From NCBI GenBank assembly GCA_964187785.1, contig OZ076409.1, positions 95,606,001 to 95,670,000 of the forward strand: a stretch of DNA of 64,000 nucleotides, written 5' to 3'. Below are positions 1 to 11,470 of the stretch, one piece after another. Every line of letters begins with the position of its first letter. Position 1 is the first letter of the stretch. The notes beneath the pieces were generated by a model, which saw nothing but the letters and a program-made list of their open reading frames with translations, was not told the origin of the DNA and did not search any database. The DNA comes from Amphiscolops sp. MND2022 (lineage: Eukaryota). Made by a program: the position numbers and the translations under genes.

Positions 1-3000
1 TTATCTTCAAACCCGAATGCTGATCGCGCGAAGTCGAACTACAAGGAAAAGGCCAAAGGCTCCACGTTTGCCACATCAACAACAAACACAGCCAGTGACA
101 ACTCGAAATACCAGCGAGAGTGTGCGCTGAAAGATGGCAAACATCCAATATGGAAATGTGAGAAGTTCAAGAAGATGAACGTCGAAGAAAGAGGACAAAA
201 GGCGAAAGAGCTGAAATTGTGCTTCAAATGTTTGTCAGACACACATCAGATGAAAAATTGCTCTGGTAGACTCTGTGACGTCAATGGTTGCGGAAAACCT
301 CATCACAAATTGCTACACAGATCATACAAGAACGTGGAACAAAAGAAAAATGTTGAAAATGTCGACGAGGTCTCCAACCTGTCATCAATGAAAAGCAGTG
401 GAGTGCTTCCAGTCATTCCTGTAACGATAGGGAGTGGGAGCAAAACGCTGAAAACGTTCGCTTTGTGTGACTCTGGAGCAAGCCTGTCCTTCGTGGACGA
501 GAGCTTGATGAAAACGCTAAATCTGACGGGACAGCCAGTGGATTTGAATGTTGCAGGGATTCATGGTACCTCAGATAATAGTAGTAAACGACTTCGAGTC
601 AGGATTGGAGATCCAGACGGAAAGGTCAAAGAAGATATCATGGCCTATAGTCATCCCAACGTGAATGCAGAAAATCGAACGTACAACCTCAAGAAATTAA
701 AAGAAACATATCCTCACCTGTCAATATTGAAAGATTCTACCATCAACTTGGGAGATGTAAAAGTCATCTTGGGCCAAGATTGCTACCACTTGCATAGAGC
801 AATCGACTATAGAAAGTGTGGAAACGCCAAGCCCTGGGCAGTGCGAACGAAGCTGGGATGGGTGCTCAGTGGACCATTGCCTCAACAAGAGACAGCAAAA
901 CTCGCAACTGAGAGTCTAGTTGCAGCAGAAGTGGATCCATTAGCGGATCAAGTGAAAACTTGGTGGAGCATGGAATCGTATGCGTCCAACTGCAGCGCAT
1001 CCGGAAGGTCCCAGGAGGACGACAAGGCCCTCGAAATGCTCAAGGCAACCACAAAGTTCGATGGAGAGAGGTATGAGGTCGGACTACTCTGGAAAAATGC
1101 AAAGCCGCATCTGCCAAATAACTACAGTTCGGCAGTAAGTCAATTGAAGTCTCTCGAGCGCCGACTGGAAAAGGATGAGAACTTGAAAGAACGCTACAAA
1201 GAGACAATTGATGTGGACGTACAAAGGGGGTTTGTGAGAATTCTGGATGAAGCAGAGATAGAAAATACCAAAACAGACCTTCAGTGGTACGTTCCCCATC
1301 TTCCTGTGCTGAACCCGAACAAGCCGGACAAAGTGAGACGAGTGTGCAACGCTGCTTCAAAGTTCGGAGGCGTTTCACTAAACGACAATTTGATGGCCGG
1401 TCCAGACCTCCTACAATCGCTCATTGGAATTATCTTCAGATTCAGGGAGAAGAAAATTGCTTTGACCGCAGATGTAGAAGCGATGTTTCTTCAAGTGAAA
1501 GTACCCCATGCGGATTGCAAAGTGCTCAGATTTTTGTGGAGAGAAAACAACACTGATCCTATCTCCGTTTACGAATATGGAAGACACATTTTCGGAGCTA
1601 AGAGCTCGCCAACATGTGTCAACTACGCTTTGCAACAAGTCGGACGAGACAGCAGAGATGACAATGGGATGGTTGCAAAATTGATCAACAGAAACTTCTA
1701 TATGGACGATTTTGTGAAGTCAGTAGCTTCAGGGGAAGAAGCTGTGGAAGTGTACAAGTGCTTGCGAAAATCCTTAGCGGATCGTGGTTTCCAACTAACG
1801 AAATGGATTTGCAACTCAGAGAAGGTAATGGGAAGAATATCTCCTGAAGATAGATCAAGCGCGCTGAGCAAGACATTCGAAGCTGAACCCTTGGCACCCT
1901 CAATCTTGGGACTCCAGTGGAATGTGAAGTCGGACAGTCTTGAGATCTGCCGCGGTATGGGAAAAGAGGTGCCTGCGAAGGTCACTCAGCGAGTAGTTTT
2001 ATCCCAAGTATCCTCGGTGTTTGACCCGTTGGGGTTGTTTTCCCCTTTCACAGTGAGGATGAGATTGTTGCTCAAAGGAATTTGGAAGAAGCATGGGCAA
2101 TCGTGGGACGAACAAGTATCTCCAGAAGACGAGATTGCTTTCAAAGATTGGGCATCGGAGTTGAGTCACATGAATGAGATGACTCTCAAAAGAAACTATT
2201 TATCAGAAATTGTTGAAGTAGTAGACTTGCATGTTTTCGATGATGCATCTTTAGACGCTATGTGCATGGTAGCGTACTTTCGGGATCAACAATCTGGAGA
2301 GCTTGCCTATGTAGTAGGAAAATGCCGAGTAGCGCCAATGAAGCAACAATCAATACCAAGACTAGAACTACAAGCAGCCATGTATGGGACTCGATTGAAA
2401 CAACTGATCGTAGACGAACACGACGTCGAAATTGAACGAACATTCTTTTGGACGGATTCGACAACTGTTTTACAATGGTTGCATGGAGCAGACAAGAAAC
2501 AACCGGTGTTTGTAGCAAACAGAGTCGCTGAAATCCTTGACAGTTCAACCATTGATCAGTGGAGACATGTCGAAGGAACCTTAAACCCCGCAGACATCGG
2601 AACAAGAGGAAAATCAGTTCACGAACTGGAAAAGAGCGAATGGTTCACAGGGCCGGCATGGCTTCGAGAAAAGGAAGATGCTTGGCCACAAACCTCACCA
2701 CAGTTGTTTCAGCAAAAAACAGAAGACATAGAACAAGTCTTTGAAGTCGTGTCAGAAGAAAAGGACATTGATTGGGAGAAGTTCGGTTCGTTCAGACGAA
2801 TGACCCGTATCTTCGCATATTGCCTTCGATTCAGTTCAAAAATCAAAGGGAAAGTAGTAAAGCCAGAAGAAATGCGGCATGTGATCCGACTGTTACTGAG
2901 GAAAAGCCAGATGGAAAGCTTCGGTCAAACTTATCAAGCCTTGGCCGCAGGTAAACCCATGGCTGCGTCTGATCACTTGAGCAAACTGTCACCATTTATG

Positions 3001-4296
3001 GACGATCAGAACCTAATGCGATTAACAGGACGACTACGTCAAGCTGATGCGAGTTATGAAATGAAACATCCAATTTTGCTATCTGCGAAGCATCCGATAT
3101 TGAGAAAATTGTTTGAAGATGCGCATGAAAGTAATTACCATGAAGGAACGGAGTATGTCCGCAGCATTTTGCAGCAAAGTTACTGGATAATTGGACTCCT
3201 AAACGCGCTGAGAAATGTGAAGCTGAAGTGTGTTAAGTGTAGAAAGCAACAAGTCGGAGGACTTCAACCTTTCATGGCAGACCTACCTAAAGAAAGATTG
3301 GAAGAAGGAGTTTTCCCATTTGCCAACACTGGAGTAGACTATTTTGGACCATTCGAAGTGAGATTCATGAGGAAATCAATGAAACGATGGTGTTGTCTAT
3401 TCACATGTTTGACAACAAGAGCTGTGCATGTTGAAGTTGTGCCCAGCCTGGAAGCCGACGCATGTCTTGCTGCTATAACGAGGTTCATCGCACGAAGAGG
3501 GAAACCCAATATCATTCTAAGTGATAACGGAACAAATTTTGTAGGCGCAGCTAGAGAAATGCGAAAATGGATAGAAGCTTGGAATCAATCAGACATTGAG
3601 CAGTCTTTGGCTCTAAAGCAAATAAAATGGAAGTTTAACCCCCCAGGAGCTCTGCATTTTGGAGGTGTTTGGGAGCGAATGGTCAGAAGCTGCAAGAAAG
3701 CTATGATGGCAATAGTCGGAAACAGAACACTGACAGATGATGTATTATCCACAACAATGTGCCTGGTTGAGCAGATATTGAATTCGAGACCTCTTACTAG
3801 TGTCAGTGACGATCCTGAAGATTTGGAAGCTTTGACTCCAAATCACTTCCTGCTAGGACGTGCAAGTCCAGCAACCCCATTTATTCCTGACGCTCAGCGA
3901 TATACAGATCTGAAAAGAGTATTCAGAGTATCACAAGCATACGCAGACATGATTTGGAGCAGATGGAATAGAGAATATTTACCACAATGGAATGAGAGAT
4001 CTAAATGGAATAAAGAAGAAGTTAGACAACTGGAAGTCAATGATTTGGTTTGGATAGTAGATGAGAATGTAAAAAGAGCACACTACAAGATGGGTAGAGT
4101 GTTGGAAGTCTACCATGGAAGCGATGGGCGAGTGAGATCTGCGCTGGTGAAAACGGAAGATGGAAAACTCAAAAGACCAGTAGTGAAACTGGCACCCATG
4201 TTCTATGAAAGTGTTTTTCGGGAGAAAAACAGGGCCGGCAATGTTGGCGCCAGTCATCAACAGGCAAAGAAACTCGATTTAGACCATGCTGAGTGA
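1..4296 (+). CDS. BEL/Pao LTR retrotransposon gag-pol polyprotein (5' end lies outside the window)
   Basis: Frame is open from base 1. Gag Cys/His knuckles (CFKCLSDTHQMKNC), aspartic protease ALCDSGAS, RT with NFYMDD, Pao RNase H (LHVFDDAS...SIPRLEL), integrase H2C2 plus DDE (GVDYFGP, SDNGTNF, GGVWER), and C-terminal WxRWxxEYL domain. The order PR-RT-RH-IN is typical of BEL/Pao. Confidence 0.95.
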   Translation, partial: LSSNPNADRAKSNYKEKAKGSTFATSTTNTASDNSKYQRECALKDGKHPIWKCEKFKKMNVEERGQKAKELKLCFKCLSDTHQMKNCSGRLCDVNGCGKPHHKLLHRSYKNVEQKKNVENVDEVSNLSSMKSSGVLPVIPVTIGSGSKTLKTFALCDSGASLSFVDESLMKTLNLTGQPVDLNVAGIHGTSDNSSKRLRVRIGDPDGKVKEDIMAYSHPNVNAENRTYNLKKLKETYPHLSILKDSTINLGDVKVILGQDCYHLHRAIDYRKCGNAKPWAVRTKLGWVLSGPLPQQETAKLATESLVAAEVDPLADQVKTWWSMESYASNCSASGRSQEDDKALEMLKATTKFDGERYEVGLLWKNAKPHLPNNYSSAVSQLKSLERRLEKDENLKERYKETIDVDVQRGFVRILDEAEIENTKTDLQWYVPHLPVLNPNKPDKVRRVCNAASKFGGVSLNDNLMAGPDLLQSLIGIIFRFREKKIALTADVEAMFLQVKVPHADCKVLRFLWRENNTDPISVYEYGRHIFGAKSSPTCVNYALQQVGRDSRDDNGMVAKLINRNFYMDDFVKSVASGEEAVEVYKCLRKSLADRGFQLTKWICNSEKVMGRISPEDRSSALSKTFEAEPLAPSILGLQWNVKSDSLEICRGMGKEVPAKVTQRVVLSQVSSVFDPLGLFSPFTVRMRLLLKGIWKKHGQSWDEQVSPEDEIAFKDWASELSHMNEMTLKRNYLSEIVEVVDLHVFDDASLDAMCMVAYFRDQQSGELAYVVGKCRVAPMKQQSIPRLELQAAMYGTRLKQLIVDEHDVEIERTFFWTDSTTVLQWLHGADKKQPVFVANRVAEILDSSTIDQWRHVEGTLNPADIGTRGKSVHELEKSEWFTGPAWLREKEDAWPQTSPQLFQQKTEDIEQVFEVVSEEKDIDWEKFGSFRRMTRIFAYCLRFSSKIKGKVVKPEEMRHVIRLLLRKSQMESFGQTYQALAAGKPMAASDHLSKLSPFMDDQNLMRLTGRLRQADASYEMKHPILLSAKHPILRKLFEDAHESNYHEGTEYVRSILQQSYWIIGLLNALRNVKLKCVKCRKQQVGGLQPFMADLPKERLEEGVFPFANTGVDYFGPFEVRFMRKSMKRWCCLFTCLTTRAVHVEVVPSLEADACLAAITRFIARRGKPNIILSDNGTNFVGAAREMRKWIEAWNQSDIEQSLALKQIKWKFNPPGALHFGGVWERMVRSCKKAMMAIVGNRTLTDDVLSTTMCLVEQILNSRPLTSVSDDPEDLEALTPNHFLLGRASPATPFIPDAQRYTDLKRVFRVSQAYADMIWSRWNREYLPQWNERSKWNKEEVRQLEVNDLVWIVDENVKRAHYKMGRVLEVYHGSDGRVRSALVKTEDGKLKRPVVKLAPMFYESVFREKNRAGNVGASHQQAKKLDLDHAE

Positions 4297-5164
4297 GAAA
4301 CAAGACCTAAACTCTTGAAAACTTAGATGAAATTTTGAAGAAATTCCAATCATCACAAAATTGGAAAACCCCCCCAAACGGGTTTTCTCGACAACTATTA
4401 ACCATAGAGCCACGAAACTTGGCACACATATGCAGGTACATAACACAAACACACCGGCCAAGTTTCAAGGTCATTCACCCATTATAACCCCCTTTACCCC
4501 TCGCATGTGTGATATTCAAGGTCATTGTGCCAATCATGTAAACATTGCTATTTACTTATATGACCACATTAGAATGTAACTCTGTAGCAATTAATGATGT
4601 TTACATAGTGTAAACATGCTTTTGAGACCACCTGACCAACATGCCAAAACCACCATGTGCTTTGTTTACTTAGCCAATAACTTCATTTTATGCTTTAAAT
4701 GTCATTTATTTATACCACATATTTCAACTTATATTTGCTTATATTTACTGTAGAATTGTAAACGATATGTATACCATTATTAGATAGAGATTTTCTCCAC
4801 TGAATAGCTATAGTCAAGTTGGGTCTCAGGACCGCGAGACTAATTAATCAACTTCTCAATCTTCACAACTTTTCGCTAGAGTCAGAGCGACTAAGTAGCT
4901 ACTCTCATAGTTGGAGAGCCGGAGCGCGTGAAGATACAGTGAGGGAAGTGTGTTCAGGATCACATCGGATCCAATTCAGTGCAAAGCGGAATCGCAGGAG
5001 ATTCCACGGGTCACATCGGACCCATCAAGCCAAAAGATACAGTCCTTTAAAACAAAAAATCCAGGAATTGTTTAGTGACGGTCCACAGCACTAAGCAACG
5101 GATCAGGGCGGCGTAAAGCTTGTCAAGCCTCAGCGCAGGATAAAGGCAAGCAGCCGTTACATCA
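4242..5164 (+). mobile_element. Putative 3' LTR of the BEL/Pao element
   Basis: Purine-rich tract GGGAGAAAAACAGGGCCGGCAA is followed directly by TGTTGG at 4242. The 3' end is approximate (CA at 5161 or 5164), where another repeat family begins. The 5' LTR is not in the window. Confidence 0.65.
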
Positions 5165-7123
5165 ACTAAGTGGTTTTAAGTCAAACGACTTTAAGCCAAG
5201 TGACCAATACCCGAGACACTTAGCTTAAAAAAATAAGCCAAGTGACCAATTATATTAAGCCAAATGACTTTAAGCCAAATGGCATTAAGCCAAGTGACCA
5301 TTTACCAAGGTAGGGGCGGGAATAACGTCTAAAGAATAACGTCTAAAGGAATAACGTCTAAATTTTACTCATTTTTCAGGAATAACGTCTGAAGATTTAG
5401 ACGTTATTCCCGTTTTTTTAGATGTTATTCCTGATTTTGAAATATTGTTTCTTGTGCTGAAAAGTTCTTCCCTTGCTCTAGTTTTCAGGAATAAACCAGT
5501 AAATAATCGAAGGCCACGGAATACGAGCAAAAGTTCAAGTGTCTGATAGGTATTTGTACCTAAATCGAAAAAAAACCGTCCAAAATATCAAAAAACTATG
5601 CAAATACGTCCGAAAAAAGGAATAACGTATAAAGTCCAGAAAAAACGCCCAAAATATTCGAAAGTCATCGAAATACTACTGAGAAACGGGAAAAACAAAT
5701 TAAATTGGGAAAAAAATAAATCGTTTAAGATCTAAAACTAAAAAGTGATATAAAATATAAAACGTTCCTCGGATATGTCCCCATTCCTCTAGTGCCCAGC
5801 GGCCCCTTGGGGCCGCTTATGTTCCCATCTTGCTAAGCGAGGTCGAACAGGAGCAAAGACCTAGCGGGAGCGGAGATCGCGAAGCGATCGTAGTGGGAGC
5901 TGGTCTTTGCGATGGTGAGGGCGAGCGTGCATACACCGCATGTGCCCCACATTTTGATATTTTCGCTTTCAGAAAGCCTTTTTCGAAACAGGAATAACGT
6001 CTAAAACTTTAGACGCTAGTCTCAAAAAATGATTTATTTTAGACGTTATTCTCGTTTTGTATTTAGATGTTATTCCTCAGACATTCTTCCCGCTGCCACG
6101 GTAAATGGTCACTTGGCTTAATGCCATTTGGCTTAAAGTCATTTGGCTTAATACAATTGGTCACTTGGCTTAATTTTTTTAAGCTAAGTGTCTCGGGTAT
6201 TGGTCACTTGGCTTAAAGTCATTTGACTTAAAACCACTTAGTTAAAAACATGTGGCAGATTTTGTCGAATTTATCTTTATAACGTAGTCAGCGTACTATT
6301 ATAACATGTCATATCAAGTACCCCTCGGATATGTCCCCATTTCCTCTAGTGCCCTGCGGCCCCTTGGGGCCGCTTATCTTCCCATCTTGCTAAGCGAGGT
6401 CGAAAAGGAGCAAAGACCTAGCGGGAACGAAGATCGCGAAGCGATCGTAGTGGGAGCTGGTCTTTGCGACGGTGAGGGCGAGCGTGCATACACCGCATAT
6501 GCCCCACATTATGATATTTTCGTTGACATTTTTATTCCTCGAGTTGGAATGGAGTTGGCTTAATTTTGTGGTCACTTGGCTTAAAATTTTTAAGCCAAAT
6601 GACTCGACGAAAAATTTAAGCCAAATGGTATTAAGCCAAGTGACTGGTAACCGCTGCCACGTATTTTGATGATTTTTTGACATTTTAGACGTTTTTGCCA
6701 ATTTTAGATGTTATTCCCGTTTTTCAGAGGTATTTTGATCGTTTTTTGACATTTTAAACGTATGTCAGTTTTAGACCTTATTCCTCTTTTTAGACGTTAT
6801 TCCGCTTTTTAGACGTTATTCCACTTTTTAGACGTTATTCCCGTTTTTTTAGACGTTATTCCCGTTCATTTCAGATTTAGATGTTATTCCTTTAGACGTT
6901 ATTCCCGGTGGACTTTTAGACGTTATTCCTTAGACGTTATTCCTGTTTCCCTTACCAAGGGAAGAACTTTTCAGCACAAGAAACAATATTTGAAAATCGG
7001 GAATAACATCTAAGAAAAACGGGAATAACGTCTAAATCTTTAGACGTTATTCCTGAAAAATGAGTAAAATTTAGACGTTATTCCTTTAGACGTTATCTTT
7101 CAGACGCTATTCCCGCCCCTACC
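5164..7123. repeat. Cluster of non-autonomous foldback/TIR-like elements
   Basis: Inverted pair A at about 5164-5308 and 6100-6243, built from TAAGCCAA(G/A)TGAC units. Inverted pair B at about 5309-5474 and 6957-7123, built from AATAACGTCTAA units, with ends GGTAGGGGCGGG / CCCGCCCCTACC. A ~195-bp core is directly repeated at about 5767-5962 and 6324-6520. Confidence 0.8.
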
Positions 7124-7714
7124 AATAAGGTGTACCTGGAGGGAGGGGGTGGAATAGATGACATGGTCCATTTTTTCCAAGAAAAAAGTGAAAAATTGTT
7201 TCAAACTGGCCTGACTAGAAATCTTCCAAAACAGGAAGTTAACTTCCATTGGAATAGTTTTTCGTTTTTCAATTTTTCAACTTTTTCTGACTGTGGTTAT
7301 GTTTGAACTAACTGTTTCTGTGGTGAAGGGTTTGAAAGTTGATAGTAAATCACGCAATTAATCAGCACAATTTTTCTGAAATTAGAGTCTAGTTTTGAAT
7401 TCCAACCAATCAGAGATGATTCTGGTTTGTGCACACTACTATTTGATTTCTGCATGCAACGCTTTCTGTTTAGTGAACGGACACCCCACTGGGGCATGTC
7501 CTTCAGTGATTGTATTACGCGAAGCTGTCCCGTCGACGAAATTGATATCTCACAAGCTCCTTTTTTATCTATTTTATTGTCAAATTCTGATATTCTGAGA
7601 GATACTGAAAAGCAATTGCAATTATTAGCTTATAAAACTGTGCAAATGCAATTTGCAATTATTGCTTGTTCATGCAATTTCAATTATCGCATTTTGCAAT
7701 TAATTGCAATCCCT

Positions 7715-7990
7715 GATCTCAAGTCAACAATAAAACGAAAATTTCAAAGCACTGATACCAGGTGGATATCTCGTGGGACATCTTATAAAAGCCGCTTGAT
7801 TCATTTAAATATTTTGCCGATTTCGTTTTTAATCCAGCTCTCTGACGTCATCTTCTTACACTATATGATGAGTTCAAATTCCAGCCTGAACATTGATATG
7901 ATAAACATAATTCAAGTCCTCTCCCTCTCTTAGGGGTCGTGGCTCACCATTCGATCATTCCCGCCTTGCGAGGCGGATGGCAAACCTTGA
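7715..7990 (+). pseudogene. Degraded 3' fragment of a non-LTR retrotransposon ORF2
   Basis: Translation ...TRWISRGTSYKSRLIHLNILPISF... resembles the post-RT SYxxRLxxLNL segment of CR1/L2-like LINEs. No intact domain. Confidence 0.4.
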
Positions 7991-8177
7991 AAGATTTGCG
8001 ACAGAATTGAAAAAAATATCAAAGGGTCCGCCTGGCGCGCCAGCACGGTCCAACGTTTGGGTTTTCCGAGTACTGTAGAATGGCATACTTTGTTAACTTT
8101 GGAAACATCAATATAGGTTGTTTTTTGTCAAACATTATTGAAGTTATAACAACGGCGTTGTTAGTGATAAAGTCGAA

Positions 8178-8311
8178 AGTAGTGTATATAATCGTATTTG
8201 ACGCCAGCGCGAAGGGTGCAAGCTGGCTCACTTCGTTCGCCCCCTTGCTTCGCCATTCGCTTCGCTCATGGCTACTTCGCGCTAACGTCAAATACGATTA
8301 TATACACTACT
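8178..8311. repeat. Left terminal inverted repeat; itself a 134-nt hairpin
   Basis: 37-nt arms at 8178-8214 and 8275-8311 are reverse complements at 35 of 37 positions. The 60-nt loop contains GCTTCGC-like motifs. Confidence 0.93.
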
Positions 8312-8441
8312 TCTTTACCATCCTTACACCTATCGTTAAATACGATTTCTTACACTACTTTGGTAATACTCTACTAACCATGTTTTAGAATAAAGCTGAA
8401 ATTCTTTTGAACTGCTAAATTTCTATGAATTTCACTCTGTA

Positions 8442-9262
8442 AATGTAAATATTGATTTTCAAAAGAAATTCTTTCAGACTGCTAATTAGTTGAGAAGGTA
8501 GATGTAAATATTGATTTTCAAACGAAATTCTTCCAGACTGCCAATTAGTTTAGAAGGTAGATGTAAATATTGATTTTCAAAACAATTAAAAAGAAACGAG
8601 AAAAACTTGAGCACTGAGGTGAATTTAATTACACCAAAAATCAATAAAAACACCCAACATTTTCAAAAATTATCTCCACTTCTACTGGGTTTTAAGAGAT
8701 GGGGTTTTCACCATTGTGATCCTCTCTTCCATACGAGTAAAAAGAGATGTCGATGAGCAAAATCCGCCGAGTAGTTAACAAAACCCAAAAAATCTAATTT
8801 GACCATGCTAGTTATTTGAGCATGTGCGATTTTTGAATTACGCGCGCTCCTAGGTATGGATAGGTGGATAGCAAACCATTGCACGAATCAAAAAATCTAA
8901 TTTGACCATGCTAGTTATTTGAGCATGTGCGATTTTTGAATTACGCGCGCTCCTAGGTATGGATAGGTGGATAGCAAACCATTGCATGAATCCTCCAAAC
9001 ATTCATTTGTATTATTAATTACAACTCAGTCGCCACACTCTCTTATCAACATGAGTGACAATCTCAAAACGAATATCAACCTTGCCAAAAAAATAAAGAA
9101 ACTCGGATCCCGTCAGGTGAAACGAGACTTATACATTATAGCCTATCTCCACATGTTTAAGTATCCGTTGAACGGAGATTTATACATTATAGCCTATATC
9201 CACATGTTTAAGTATCCGTTGAACGGAGATTTATACATTATAGCCTATATCCACATGTTTAA
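8442..9262. repeat. Three sets of short direct repeats in the left non-coding region of element 1
   Basis: 59-bp period (TGTAAATATTG at 8444, 8503, 8562); 103-bp duplication (about 8787-8990); 51-bp period, three copies (ATACATTATAGCC at 9131, 9182, 9233). Confidence 0.9.
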
Positions 9263-9839
9263 GGATAGGACTTACCATCTTACCATGGTATTAGTCGCAG
9301 GTTGGCGGTCATATCATAATATTGTGTATAATCATGTATAATGTATAAAATACACCGGAAAAAATATATTCAAAACTGTACAGAATTAAATAAATCTACT
9401 AAGGTGGAAGAATACTGATGAAAAAAGACAATCGAATTTTATGTTTTTTGTTCACCAAATAAAGGTTGCCATTTTCAGCACACAATACTGTGTTGCATAT
9501 AATCATCTATTTTCTGTATTATTCGGGAAAACATATAACGACTGACTTTTTGGTTCTGTTGCTGTGGAAGAAAGACACCCCCCTTTAATTGGAACATTTG
9601 TAATACTCTTTTATCTAGTTACTGAATGTTTTCGTGTGGATTCGAAAAAAGAGTCAGTATTATAGTCGCGTTTCACTTCATGATGTGCCGGCTCAAAACA
9701 AACACGAGACGCCCGTTGATAATACTATTCAAATTTAAAACATGTAGTCTGTGATTATCAGTGTAGGTTTACCATTGCGCATGCCTATGTGTCTTGTATT
9801 TTTTAGTCATAGACATTTTCATGTCCAATTAAATAAAGA

Positions 9840-10250
9840 ATGAATTTAACATTCAAAGAATTTGTCAAGAAACATGGTTTAAAAAACGAAGCAACTTCTA
9901 ATGTAAAAATAAAAGGTATACTAGACATAATAAATAGACATATTCATTATTCCTGTAAAGTGTACATGAGAGATGATAAATTTACAACTGATTCAGGGAT
10001 TGTAAATTTACACCCCTCAGTGGGAACACACTGGGTCATGTTTATTAAGGAATATTACTTCGATTCATATGGCTGTCCACCTCCAATAAACATACTCAAC
10101 TATCTTAATATTGGTCAATACTCAGAATATCAAATTCAAAAAAATGATAGCTATTGCGCAGCGTATTGTTTATATGTTTTATATCTTACACAAAGTATAG
10201 GCTTTAAAAATGCAGTTTTAAGTTTATACTATCAGACATTTTGTCATTAA
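9840..10250 (+). CDS. Adenain-like (adenovirus-type) cysteine maturation protease
   Basis: Catalytic motifs GTHWV, YFDSYG and QIQ...SYCAAYC; Polinton context. Confidence 0.9.
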   Translation: MNLTFKEFVKKHGLKNEATSNVKIKGILDIINRHIHYSCKVYMRDDKFTTDSGIVNLHPSVGTHWVMFIKEYYFDSYGCPPPINILNYLNIGQYSEYQIQKNDSYCAAYCLYVLYLTQSIGFKNAVLSLYYQTFCH

Positions 10251-10253
10251 TAA

Positions 10254-10421
10254 ATGAAGAAAATTAATACTTATTCAGCTCAGTTTAAAGTCATATATCC
10301 AAAAGATCATTCAAAAAATAATAATACGAATGGTATTCCGAATGAGAAAAAATTATCAAAAGATAGACAAGAATTTATAAATAACATAGCTGCTAGTGGA
10401 TTTAAACACTTTCATGCATAA
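10254..10421 (+). CDS. Small 55-aa hypothetical protein (below the ORF-track cutoff)
   Basis: MKKINTYSAQFKV...ASGFKHFHA fills the gap between protease and penton, with TAATAAATG junctions on both sides. Confidence 0.6.
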   Translation: MKKINTYSAQFKVIYPKDHSKNNNTNGIPNEKKLSKDRQEFINNIAASGFKHFHA

Positions 10422-10424
10422 TAA

Positions 10425-11461
10425 ATGGATCTATCAAACTTTGTAACTTATGATAAAAAGGAATCTCTTTTGCTGAATATTGCTAAATCTAATCAAGAAA
10501 TTGTTGAAAATACTCATTCGAAACCACAAGAAACTCTAGAATTTAAAATGACTAAACAAAAAGAATCTTTTTCATTCGATGTTCCTCTCCAACTAAATGA
10601 AAATTGGATGATGGGAGTAACAAGTTTAGAAGTCTATAATACAGTTTATAATATCACTAACAGCAATAACAAACTTAAAATACTTCTAACAGACGAACAA
10701 CTCATAGAACATGGAGTTGACATTGTATTAGTAAAGAATATAAAATCTTTGTATGAATCCTATAACTTAGAAAATCAGGAGGCGTATAATGAATTTGTAG
10801 AAAAAGTTAGTACAATTATAACCAATAGTTATTCTGAAAACAATAAACTTGCAAAAAAGATTTTGATGATTTAAAGGAATTAGTTGAGGCTAATAACCAA
10901 CAACACACCAAGCACCCCATAACTATTCCTGAATTTGAAATTCAAGATGATTCTATTGAAATAGAACTAACACCAGGAGTTTATGAACTAGTTGATATAA
11001 ATAATGCAATTAAACAAAAAATTCATGAAAGTGATTATGATTTTAAAATTGATATAATACCCGACACAATATCAATGAAATCAGTTTTAACAACCTCAAA
11101 CTCTATTCATTTTAACTCCAGACTTAACATTCTTTTGGGATTTACAAACAAGGATTACCCACCCGGAACTCACACTTCAGAGAAACCAGTTATGATAACG
11201 ACCACCGATAAAGTTCACCTGAAGTGCGACTGCGTAGATGGTTCAATTGTTAATGGAATTAGAGAAAAAATCCTGTTTAGTTTTAATCTTAGTGCTCCTC
11301 CGGGATATACAATTATAAATAATCCGACTACTGTTTTGTACAAAAAGATAAACAAAACAAGATTAGACCAGATACAATTTTTTCTTGAAGACTCCAACCA
11401 CAACCCAGTAGATTTCAACAACGAGACACTCACATTCACAATTCAAATCATCAAGATTTAA
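10425..11461 (+). CDS. Minor capsid (penton-like) protein, split by a -1 frameshift at 10853-10859
   Basis: N-part FDVPLQLNENWMMGVTSLEVYN. The -1 frame continues with IELTPGVYELVDINNAI and joins ORF 11075-11461 (LLGF, HLKCDCVDGSIVNG, PPGY, VDFNNE), motifs typical of Polinton minor capsid proteins. Joined length is about 345 aa. Confidence 0.8.
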
Positions 11462-11470
11462 TATAAATAA

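Noticed and set aside
1040..4260. Short antisense and alternate-frame ORFs within the BEL polyprotein (also those within both pPolB genes)
   Set aside because: Shadow ORFs of long coding sequences, with no motifs.
8019..8388. ORFs over the element termini (8019-8291, 8080-8388, and 23394-23666 at the other end) with similar translations
   Set aside because: The similarity comes from the terminal inverted repeats; there is no sign of real coding.
8967..9341. 124-aa ORF with repeated DLYIIAYIHMFK
   Set aside because: It is a read-through of the 51-bp DNA repeat, has a GTG start, and lacks the TAAATG seen at the element's genes.
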